In this document: piece after piece, positions 6,958-13,881 of the stretch
How the letters are laid out: each line of letters starts with the position of its first letter
Position numbering within the stretch: position 1 is the first letter of the stretch
IMG/VR virus record: IMGVR_UViG_3300048851_000084
Coordinates: 1-44,512 of that record
Direction: 5' to 3' (one strand)
Length of the DNA stretch: 44,512 bases
Source of the DNA: a virus
Made by a program: the position numbers and the translations under genes
Notes under the pieces: model-generated
Told to the model about the DNA's origin: nothing
Seen by the model: only the letters and a program-made list of their open reading frames with translations
The model's database searches: none

Positions 6958-8160
6958 ATGACCACTATCACCCTGGAAATCTCCGACGCGGCGATTCGCC
7001 GTCATGCCACCGATCCGGCCGTACGAGAGCTGAACGACAGCCGCCTGCCTTATCGCTTCCGTTACGACAAAAAACGCCTGGGCGGGTCCTGGCATATCGT
7101 CAAAAGCATTGAGGGAAAGCCGCGTTGGAAGAAAGCCGGCACCTTCCCCGCACTAACCACCAAGGGCCTGAAAGCTGCGCTGCCGGCGATCATGGGCCGC
7201 CTGTATGCCGACCCCAAAAACGCCAGTGCGGCGGTGGGGATCTACAAAGTGGTGAACGACGTCCTGGTGTGGTTCGAGGCGCGCATGGCCCAGGACCGCA
7301 ACCTGTCGCGCAAGCGCAAAGACACCGTGCGCTCGGCGATTAAATGTCACCTGCGGCCCATGCTTGGGGGCTTTGATCTGTTGGAGCTGACCCGGGGCAA
7401 CCTGGACAGCCAATTACTATGGCCGCTGCAATCGCGCTATTCGCTGGCTCATGTTCGCCTGGTCTGGCAAGTCCTCAAGATGATCAGCAAGCGGGCCCGT
7501 AGTGCGGGAGTGATCGAACAGGACCCGCTGGCCGGGCTCATGTTTACCGACTTTATCGGTGCGTCGATCAATGCCAAGGACTCACGCTTGCGCGCTGCCC
7601 TGGTGCCGGAGCTGATCGCCTCGCTGAGCCTGAACTGGAGCCGTGACCCGTCACAAACAGCCCTGGCGGTACTGATGCTGGCCAACGTCACGCGCCTGGG
7701 CGAAACCCGCCAAGCCAAATGGGCGCACTTTGACGGCATCACCTGGCACATTCCCCAGGCAACCGCCAAAACCCGGGTGTCGCATAGCCTGCCACTGACC
7801 GCACAAATGCTGGCCTTCCTGGAGCGTTACCGGCAGTGGCAACGCTCGACCGGGTACGACGGGGCCTATCTGTTCCCGGGCAAGCGCACCCGCAAGCCCA
7901 TCACCGAACGCCAAGCGTCTGAGCAGTTCGCGCGCCTGGGTGCCGGCGAGTGGACCAGTCACGACCTGCGCAAAGTCGGTGCCTCGACGTTGCTCGACCT
8001 GGGCGTGGATAACCTGATTATCGACCTGCTGCTAAACCATAAGGTCAAGGGTGTGAACCAGGCGTACATCCATACGCATGCCGAGGAACGCAAGCGCGAC
8101 GCCCTGGAACGCTGGCATTCCTGGCTGGATGATCGGGGTTTTTCTGCGCTCGGCCGTTAG
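6958..8160 (+). CDS. int: tyrosine recombinase, P4-type phage integrase (400 aa)
   Basis: Arm-binding-like N-terminus (LPYRFRYDKKRLGGSWHIVK). C-terminal catalytic signature HDLRKVGASTLLDLG...LLNH...YIH. Confidence 0.85.
   Translation: MTTITLEISDAAIRRHATDPAVRELNDSRLPYRFRYDKKRLGGSWHIVKSIEGKPRWKKAGTFPALTTKGLKAALPAIMGRLYADPKNASAAVGIYKVVNDVLVWFEARMAQDRNLSRKRKDTVRSAIKCHLRPMLGGFDLLELTRGNLDSQLLWPLQSRYSLAHVRLVWQVLKMISKRARSAGVIEQDPLAGLMFTDFIGASINAKDSRLRAALVPELIASLSLNWSRDPSQTALAVLMLANVTRLGETRQAKWAHFDGITWHIPQATAKTRVSHSLPLTAQMLAFLERYRQWQRSTGYDGAYLFPGKRTRKPITERQASEQFARLGAGEWTSHDLRKVGASTLLDLGVDNLIIDLLLNHKVKGVNQAYIHTHAEERKRDALERWHSWLDDRGFSALGR
7643..7654. repeat. GTGAC-CC-GTCAC palindrome (13-mer CGTGACCCGTCAC)
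   Basis: Inside int; encodes RDPS. Confidence 0.9.
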
Positions 8161-8333
8161 ACATTCACTAGACGGCGAAAATAGGTCCCACGGGTCAACG
8201 CCACGGACGGCGCGGCCTGGCGGGCTTTTCTCGCTTCCCTAGCATAAGAGGAAGTTGTTTTAACTATTTGTTGATTGCTAAACTTTGGCTCAATAAAGGC
8301 TTTACGGCCTGTAATGTCTGACAAGGGGAACGC

Positions 8334-8696
8334 ATGAAACGCAAGCCCACCGCCCAGTCGATCCGCGTCGGGCAAACCCTGTACTACGTGGCCCACCCGC
8401 TGGCCACGTCCAGCCGCCGCTATGTGGTCGGATCGGTCCAGGTTAAAACGGACGCGTTGCCGCTGCCGCCCGATGGCCAGGCCGGGCCCTACCCGCGCCG
8501 TTTCGTGGCCAACCACCTGCGCGAATTCCCTGGCGACATGCACTACAGCCGCCGCGTTGCCACGCGCTACGCCAAGGACATGAACGCGGAAATGGACCGG
8601 GTTAACGCCCAGGTCCGTCAGAAGGTGCGCGCCCTGCAAGGCCTGTTAGCCAACCGCGCAGTGCTGGAGCATGTGATTCAGGCGGCCGCGCAATGA
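8334..8696 (+). CDS. hypothetical protein (120 aa)
   Basis: ATG after AAGGGGAA. Confidence 0.5.
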   Translation: MKRKPTAQSIRVGQTLYYVAHPLATSSRRYVVGSVQVKTDALPLPPDGQAGPYPRRFVANHLREFPGDMHYSRRVATRYAKDMNAEMDRVNAQVRQKVRALQGLLANRAVLEHVIQAAAQ

Positions 8697-8950
8697 GCCG
8701 GGTGCTACTGATCGGCGCAGGCCTGGCCCTGGCCTTCCTGGTGGGCTGTAGCGACCCCAAAGGCGCCGAGCGCGTTCTGGCGGCCAATGGTTTCACCCAT
8801 ATCGAAACGGGCGGGTTTGACCTGTTTAGCAGCTGCCCGGACGGCGTCGTTACGTCAACGCCGTTTCAGGCGGTCGGGGTCAACGGCGCCACGGTTACGG
8901 GCCGGGTGTGCCGCCAGCTTTTTGAAGGCGCGACGGTGAGGGTCAACTGA
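8693..8950 (+). CDS. putative lipoprotein (85 aa)
   Basis: Signal peptide plus lipobox LAFLVGC; ATGA coupling. Confidence 0.55.
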   Translation: MSRVLLIGAGLALAFLVGCSDPKGAERVLAANGFTHIETGGFDLFSSCPDGVVTSTPFQAVGVNGATVTGRVCRQLFEGATVRVN

Positions 8951-9183
8951 TGAGCGATCTGGAGCGCCTGTTAAAGCTGGTCAGCGTGATAGCCGACGAC
9001 GGGTTTGCCTCGTCCACCAAGGGCCTAGCCGAGTACCGCAACGCCCTGTTGACCGTAGGGGTCAATCTGCTGGGCTACACCCCCGAGTTTGTGACGGACA
9101 AGCGCACCGCCGAGCAGCGCCGCCGCCGTGGCCCGTCGGGCGACCGCTGCCTGGGCGACGCGGTGCGCGAGGGTCGTCGATGA
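8950..9183 (+). CDS. hypothetical protein (77 aa)
   Basis: TGATG-coupled ORF. Confidence 0.45.
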   Translation: MSDLERLLKLVSVIADDGFASSTKGLAEYRNALLTVGVNLLGYTPEFVTDKRTAEQRRRRGPSGDRCLGDAVREGRR

Positions 9184-9422
9184 GCCCTGTCGCTATGCAA
9201 AGCCTGCGCACTGTCGCGGCGGCGTCCCCTGCGCATGTCCTGTTGTTCACAGGGCCGGGCGTGTCCGATGAGCTACGCGACGAGCTGGTGGCCTATCTGG
9301 TGTTCCTGAGGGTCGAGGGTGTGACGATTACCGCTGAAAAATACTTAGAGCGCGGCCAGGTGATCGCCACGGCGCCGCCGCCGCCCCTGGCGTGGCCTGT
9401 TGGTGGCGAGTGCGTGCTGTGA
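9180..9422 (+). CDS. hypothetical protein (80 aa)
   Basis: ATGA-coupled ORF. Confidence 0.45.
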   Translation: MSPVAMQSLRTVAAASPAHVLLFTGPGVSDELRDELVAYLVFLRVEGVTITAEKYLERGQVIATAPPPPLAWPVGGECVL

Positions 9423-9775
9423 ATCGCCCGGCCGAAGCAGATCCGCGCAGCCCCGAGGCCATCCGCAAGGAGGCCCAGCGCCTGCGCGAGATTGGCCTGG
9501 GCATCGAGCGCCGGGAGGTCAAGCAGTCGGCCCGCGAGCGCGACGTGGCGGACTTCTGCGCCCAGGTGCGCGGCGGTGATACGCCCTACACGTTTAACGA
9601 ATACGTCAACACGCTGATTCGTCGGGACTATGACAGCCTGCTGGAACAGCTCAAGACCCTGAACGCTTCAACCTGTGAACAGTGCGGACGCATTCCACCC
9701 ACGGTCTGCGGTGGCCGCTTTCCTGGATCTGCCAGCTGCTGGGCTCTGCGCGGTCGCTGGGATCTGATGCTGTGA
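9419..9775 (+). CDS. hypothetical protein (about 118 aa; alternative start at 9392)
   Basis: GTGA-coupled start; Cys cluster CEQCGRIPPTVCGG near the C-terminus. Confidence 0.45.
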   Translation: MNRPAEADPRSPEAIRKEAQRLREIGLGIERREVKQSARERDVADFCAQVRGGDTPYTFNEYVNTLIRRDYDSLLEQLKTLNASTCEQCGRIPPTVCGGRFPGSASCWALRGRWDLML

Positions 9776-9783
9776 CTGGTCAC
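9772..9783. repeat. GTGAC-TG-GTCAC palindrome containing stop codon TGA 9773-9775
   Basis: Read directly; shares the 13-mer GTGACTGGTCACA with 15928. Confidence 0.9.
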
Positions 9784-9841
9784 AAAAGGCTTACAAATCA
9801 AAGTAAGTTAACAAACAGTAAAAAAAGACATTACAAATAGT

Positions 9842-9870
9842 TTGACAGCGGTGGCCACGTCCTTTACGAT
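9842..9870 (+). promoter_or_regulatory. Strong sigma70-type late promoter (PR'-like)
   Basis: TTGACA-17 nt-TACGAT. An AT-rich upstream region carries TTACAAAT direct repeats at 9791 and 9831. Confidence 0.65.
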
Positions 9871-9945
9871 TTTGTCTAGCGTGGTGAATCCACCGACTCA
9901 CGCGGACTGTTTCCCCTCTGACCTTCCCTGGTCGCCCTGCTGGAC

Positions 9946-9967
9946 CCGGCCACCCAGGCCGGTTTTT
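9946..9967 (+). terminator. Leader terminator 1
   Basis: CCGGCC-accca-GGCCGG-T5, about 90 nt downstream of the predicted start site. Confidence 0.6.
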
Positions 9968-10035
9968 CATTCGCTGTTGTAGTGCTGCTGTTGCTCTGAT
10001 CTGCATGTTTTCCAGCTGTATTTCCTGACTGTTTT

Positions 10036-10065
10036 GCCCGGCTCCCACTGGCCGGGCTTTTTTTT
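10036..10065 (+). terminator. Leader terminator 2 (tR'-like)
   Basis: GCCCGGC-8 nt-GCCGGGC-T8, about 190 nt downstream of the predicted start and immediately before the holin RBS. Confidence 0.75.
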
Positions 10066-10081
10066 GCCTGGAGTTTTTGCC

Positions 10082-10297
10082 ATGTCCAAAGCCGTCGAAA
10101 TCGCTAAGGACGCGGTCCAGGCGACACCGCCTGTCTACGTTGCGGCGCAGACGCTTATTTTTGGGTTGCCCCTGAGTTCCTGGGCGTCCCTGCTGGCCAT
10201 CGTTTACACGCTGTTGATCATCCTCAACCACCTGCGCAAACAGTGGCTGCCCTGGATCGCGTCCAAGCCCTGGCAGCGCGCGCAGTGGTGGAAATGA
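10082..10297 (+). CDS. holin (71 aa, two TM segments; pinholin-like)
   Basis: GGAG RBS; two hydrophobic helices plus a basic, W-rich C-terminus; ATGA-coupled to the SAR endolysin. Confidence 0.65.
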   Translation: MSKAVEIAKDAVQATPPVYVAAQTLIFGLPLSSWASLLAIVYTLLIILNHLRKQWLPWIASKPWQRAQWWK

Positions 10298-10785
10298 TCC
10301 GGCTGCCGCGTGGCCTGGTCCTGGCCCTGGGCGGATCGGCGCTCGCCCTGGTGGTCTCCCTGGTGCAATTCTTTGAAGGTGTGCGTTATGACGCCTATCA
10401 GGATATTGGCGGGGTGTGGACCATCTGCTACGGCCACACGGGCGACGTTCTGCCCGGGCAGCATGCCAGTGCCGCGATCTGTACGGCCTATCTCAAGGCC
10501 GACATTGACACCGCCCTGGCAGCGGTTGAACGGCTGATCACCGCGCCGTTACCCGTCACGCGTAAAGCAGCCCTAGCCGATTTCGTCATTAACGGCGGGC
10601 CCAACCTGCTGGCCAAATCCTCAATCCGACGCAAGTTGAACGCCGGCGACACGCCAGGCGGTTGCGCGGCTATCTCGCTCTACGTCTACGCGGCCGGGCA
10701 TGACTGCCGGGTCAAGGGGTCGGGCTGTGAGGGGATCGTCACGCGGCGCGATGTCGAGCGCTGGCTATGTGAGCTGGAACCATGA
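10294..10785 (+). CDS. SAR endolysin, GH24 lysozyme (163 aa)
   Basis: Gly/Ala-rich N-terminal TM LVLALGGSALALVVSLV. E-x8-D-x5-T triad in FFEGVRYDAYQDIGGVWTICYGHTG. Confidence 0.85.
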   Translation: MIRLPRGLVLALGGSALALVVSLVQFFEGVRYDAYQDIGGVWTICYGHTGDVLPGQHASAAICTAYLKADIDTALAAVERLITAPLPVTRKAALADFVINGGPNLLAKSSIRRKLNAGDTPGGCAAISLYVYAAGHDCRVKGSGCEGIVTRRDVERWLCELEP

Positions 10786-11300
10786 CCGTTTCCCGTACCT
10801 GGGCGCTGATCTGCGCCCTATTCACTCCCAACCCAACGAAAGGGGCTTTCAATTTGGAACTTGCCAACGACGCAACCGGCGCCGGCTCTGCCAGCCTGGT
10901 GGCCGACGCTTCGACTACTGCTGTCAGTGCTGACACTGCTGGCACTGCTGCCGCCGCCGCGCCTGCCGCTGCTGCCGACACTGCGTCCGCTGTCCTCATT
11001 CCTGGCAACACGGCCGGGCCTGCTGCTGTTTCGGCGCTTGCCGAGCCGTCACTGGTCGGCCTGGTCATTGGTGGGCCTAGCGCTGCTGATTCGGGTGCGG
11101 TGGCTGGCCTGGATGCAGACGACGAACACGAAACTGGCGAGGAACTGGAAAGCCTCAAAGCCATTGCCGGTGGTGGTGTGGACCTGTTCGTGACGGTGCT
11201 GAAAGACCTGGTGTCGTTCGCCATGGACCTGGGACACGACTTCGATTCGGCCTACGACAAGTCGGTGGCGCGCGCAAAAGCCCTGGCCGCGAAACTCTGA
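10782..11300 (+). CDS. Ala/Thr-rich hypothetical protein inside the lysis cassette (172 aa)
   Basis: ATGA- and TGATG-coupled on both sides. The low-complexity core uses mostly GCT codons, unlike neighbouring genes. Confidence 0.45.
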   Translation: MTVSRTWALICALFTPNPTKGAFNLELANDATGAGSASLVADASTTAVSADTAGTAAAAAPAAAADTASAVLIPGNTAGPAAVSALAEPSLVGLVIGGPSAADSGAVAGLDADDEHETGEELESLKAIAGGGVDLFVTVLKDLVSFAMDLGHDFDSAYDKSVARAKALAAKL

Positions 11301-11701
11301 TGGCCAAGGTCGTCGCGGCTATCGTCGCCGTCCTGGTATTGATCGCGGTGCTGGGCGGGTTTGGCCTGGAGCTGTACCACCAGGGCGCCGCCCAGGTGCA
11401 GGACCGGGCGAACCTAGTCACTGCCCTGGCGGCCAACCAAACCCAGGCCGATGCCCTGGCCAGGCTGCAAGCCGACCGCGCCGCCGATGCTGCCCAGGTG
11501 TCGGCCCTGGTCGTCAAACTGCAAACCATCAGTGCCGAGCAGACCAGCCAGCGCGCGGCCTTCGCCAAGGTGACCAACCATGCAACACCCGCTGAACAGG
11601 CTTTGCTTGGCAGCCATCTGCCTGCTGCTGTTGTGCAGCTGTTCCCGCGATCAGCCGGTGCAGCTGCAACAGGCGCAACTGGTTCCCCTGTCCATCCCTG
11701 A
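11300..11701 (+). CDS. i-spanin (Rz-like, 133 aa)
   Basis: N-terminal TM VVAAIVAVLVLIAVLGGFG followed by an Ala/Gln-rich coiled coil. Confidence 0.65.
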   Translation: MAKVVAAIVAVLVLIAVLGGFGLELYHQGAAQVQDRANLVTALAANQTQADALARLQADRAADAAQVSALVVKLQTISAEQTSQRAAFAKVTNHATPAEQALLGSHLPAAVVQLFPRSAGAAATGATGSPVHP

Positions 11702-11852
11702 CGCGCTGCTGACGCCTTGCGCTCTGTTTGGGCTGGAAGGGGACACGGTGAGCGACCTGGTTAACTTCGCCATTGATCAAACGGCTGTCATTGCCTGTTA
11801 CCAGGCAAAGCAAGAGGCAGTCCGCGACAAGGTGAATAAACAAGTTCGCTAA
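11580..11852 (+). CDS. o-spanin (Rz1-like lipoprotein, 90 aa), overlapping the i-spanin gene
   Basis: Signal peptide plus lipobox LLLLCSC in the +1 frame of the Rz 3' end. Confidence 0.65.
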   Translation: MQHPLNRLCLAAICLLLLCSCSRDQPVQLQQAQLVPLSIPDALLTPCALFGLEGDTVSDLVNFAIDQTAVIACYQAKQEAVRDKVNKQVR

Positions 11853-11869
11853 CTTGCTGGAAAAAGTCC

Positions 11870-12538
11870 ATGTCTGATCTATTTAACGTTTCGATACGAT
11901 CAAATGTCCGGGAAATCAGTAAACAGCTCTCAGACATGGCATTAAAACAACTAAGGTTCGGCACTGCCCTGGCCTTGACCCAACTGGCCAAAGAGGTCCA
12001 GGTGGATGAGTCCGACAACATCGGACGCACGTTTAAAAAGCCTAAGTCCTTCACCAAAAACGCCGTCGGTATGCGCGGGGCACGCAAAGACAATCTAACC
12101 GCGATTGTCTTTGTTAAGCCGATTGCTGCGCGCTACTTGCGGCCTTATGAGGACGGCGGCAACCACGTTTTGCCGGGCAAAGCGCTGTTGAACCCCAAGG
12201 ACATCAAGCTAAACGCTAATGGCCAGCTGCCGCGCGGGGTGCTGGCCCGACTCAAGGCCCGGCCGGATGTCTTTATCGGCGCGGTGCAAACCAAATCGGG
12301 CCCGGTCAACGGTGTCTGGCAGCGGATCCCCGCCGCCAAGACGGGCGCGCAGACGCGCCGCCGTGTGGCCGCTGCCATCAACACGGCCGCGCATTTGAAA
12401 CTGATTATTCGTTTCGGTGATGCGATCCCGGTGCAAAAGAGTTTGCACTATCGCAGTCGCGCCGCCTCGCTGATTAATCGGCGGGCCAACGCGGTATTGG
12501 CCCAGGCCATGAATAAAGCGCAACTAACCGCGCGCTGA
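11870..12538 (+). CDS. conserved-looking phage protein of unknown function (222 aa)
   Basis: Long ATG ORF with host-like codon usage; no motif recognised. Confidence 0.5.
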   Translation: MSDLFNVSIRSNVREISKQLSDMALKQLRFGTALALTQLAKEVQVDESDNIGRTFKKPKSFTKNAVGMRGARKDNLTAIVFVKPIAARYLRPYEDGGNHVLPGKALLNPKDIKLNANGQLPRGVLARLKARPDVFIGAVQTKSGPVNGVWQRIPAAKTGAQTRRRVAAAINTAAHLKLIIRFGDAIPVQKSLHYRSRAASLINRRANAVLAQAMNKAQLTAR

Positions 12539-12584
12539 TCGTTATCGGTTTATTACTGCTGCTAGTGCGGCGACGGGGAATTAC

Positions 12585-12902
12585 TTGCATACCTTTCTTA
12601 TTGTCCTGGCGGCAGTGCTGTGCCTGTGCGCCATTGTTCTAATTCTTTGTCATATCAGTGGCCGGAACATGACCCCGGTGGCCAGGACATTTTCCAGCCT
12701 GTTCATCGGCTGTTGTGCCGTGATGTTGTCGGTCCAGGTCATGCTCGGCTATCCCACGGAGGCGGATCACTACGCGGCCCGCTATGACGGTGACGCTATC
12801 CAGTCGCAGCTAACTCTTTCCAGTGCCGCCAGGTCTGTCGCGTCGACGGCGATCAGGTGTGCCCGCCCCTACTGCCCGGGAGTGCTTGCCATGTCGAAAT
12901 AG
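12585..12902 (+). CDS. putative small membrane protein (105 aa), possible moron
   Basis: TTG start; two Cys-rich hydrophobic segments; locally AT-richer. Confidence 0.35.
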   Translation: MHTFLIVLAAVLCLCAIVLILCHISGRNMTPVARTFSSLFIGCCAVMLSVQVMLGYPTEADHYAARYDGDAIQSQLTLSSAARSVASTAIRCARPYCPGVLAMSK

Positions 12903-13088
12903 ACCACTGCGTTTCCTGAGTCACGGGCGCAAGTGACCGTCGGTCCTGGTACGACAACCCGGGGCGCTGGCCAGCGGTGCAGCTGAATACTGGTCCGGAG
13001 CGCATCAGCCGCCAACTGATCCCGTTAGCGACCATTGAGGTCACCAAGGACGGCCGTGGCACGGCGCCGGATAACGTCACCGGCACGC

Positions 13089-13195
13089 CCAGGGGGGCCT
13101 GAGCAGGGGGGAATGAGGGCCATAGGCACCCCCCCCTAGTTTGGGTCCCTCCGGGGTCTTAATGCAGCGTGGGCATTGCGCGCCACGCTGCGCCC
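13089..13195. other. Candidate cos region (cosN/cosB) upstream of terS
   Basis: G6 (13092-13097), G6 (13106-13111) and C8 (13129-13136) tracts, plus the 9-bp inverted repeat GCAGCGTGG/CCACGCTGC (13164-13191). The position matches lambda cos relative to Nu1. Confidence 0.4.
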
Positions 13196-13233
13196 CTAGC
13201 TACAAGTTTTGAAATTTGGGTAACAGTCAAAAA

Positions 13234-13881
13234 ATGGCCTTAGTCAATCAAGCGGAATTCGCCCGATTGATGGACGTTTCCCGCAAAACAGTCACGACCT
13301 GGAAAGCCGCGAATCTATTGGTTTTGGCCGGTGGTTTGGTCGACGTCGAGGCGTCCAAAAAGGTCCTGCAAAAATACCGCCGCGACGGCGTCCCGTCTGT
13401 TACCTCGGACACGGCGAAGTCGCGCAAGAAATCCCCGCCAGGTAACAGCGCGGGTAACGCGAAAAAACGCGCACCAGGTAACACGGCGCCGCCGCCGAAA
13501 ACGCCCCGCAAACGACCCCCCGCCAAGCCCGACACCCTGGAGTGGGAAGCCGAGCGCGAGCTGGAGCTACGCGGCGCAAACCTGAGCCTGTTAGAGGCCA
13601 AGCGGGTCAAGGAAAACTATCTGGCCCTGCTGCGCGAATTGGAATACCAGGAGCGCACCGGATCCCTGGTCGACCTGGACCTGGTCAAGCGGGTGCTGTT
13701 TGAAGAACACCGCGCCCAGCGTGATGCCTGGCTTAACTGGCCAGCCCGCGTCGGGCCGCTGATCGCCGCCCTGTTTGATCTGGAGGCCGACAAGGTTGTA
13801 GGGGCGCTAAATGAGCATGTCCACAAGCACATTACCCAGCTCGGCGAACCCGCGCTCGACCTCGACGCTGAGCAAGACTGA
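13234..13881 (+). CDS. terS: terminase small subunit, Nu1-like (215 aa; track start TTG 13216)
   Basis: N-terminal winged-HTH MALVNQAEFARLMDVSRKTVTTWKAANLL; basic linker; immediately precedes terL. Confidence 0.65.
   Translation: MALVNQAEFARLMDVSRKTVTTWKAANLLVLAGGLVDVEASKKVLQKYRRDGVPSVTSDTAKSRKKSPPGNSAGNAKKRAPGNTAPPPKTPRKRPPAKPDTLEWEAERELELRGANLSLLEAKRVKENYLALLRELEYQERTGSLVDLDLVKRVLFEEHRAQRDAWLNWPARVGPLIAALFDLEADKVVGALNEHVHKHITQLGEPALDLDAEQD

Noticed and set aside
8161-8333. Search for an attP core or tRNA 3'-end fragment flanking int (also in 6813-6957).
   Set aside because: No tRNA-like T-arm or acceptor sequence was recognisable, and attP cannot be assigned without the host attB sequence.
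12853-13086. 77-aa minus-strand ORF in the gap before terS.
   Set aside because: It has no RBS or motif and lies in the predicted cos-proximal non-coding region, antisense to the end of 12585..12902.
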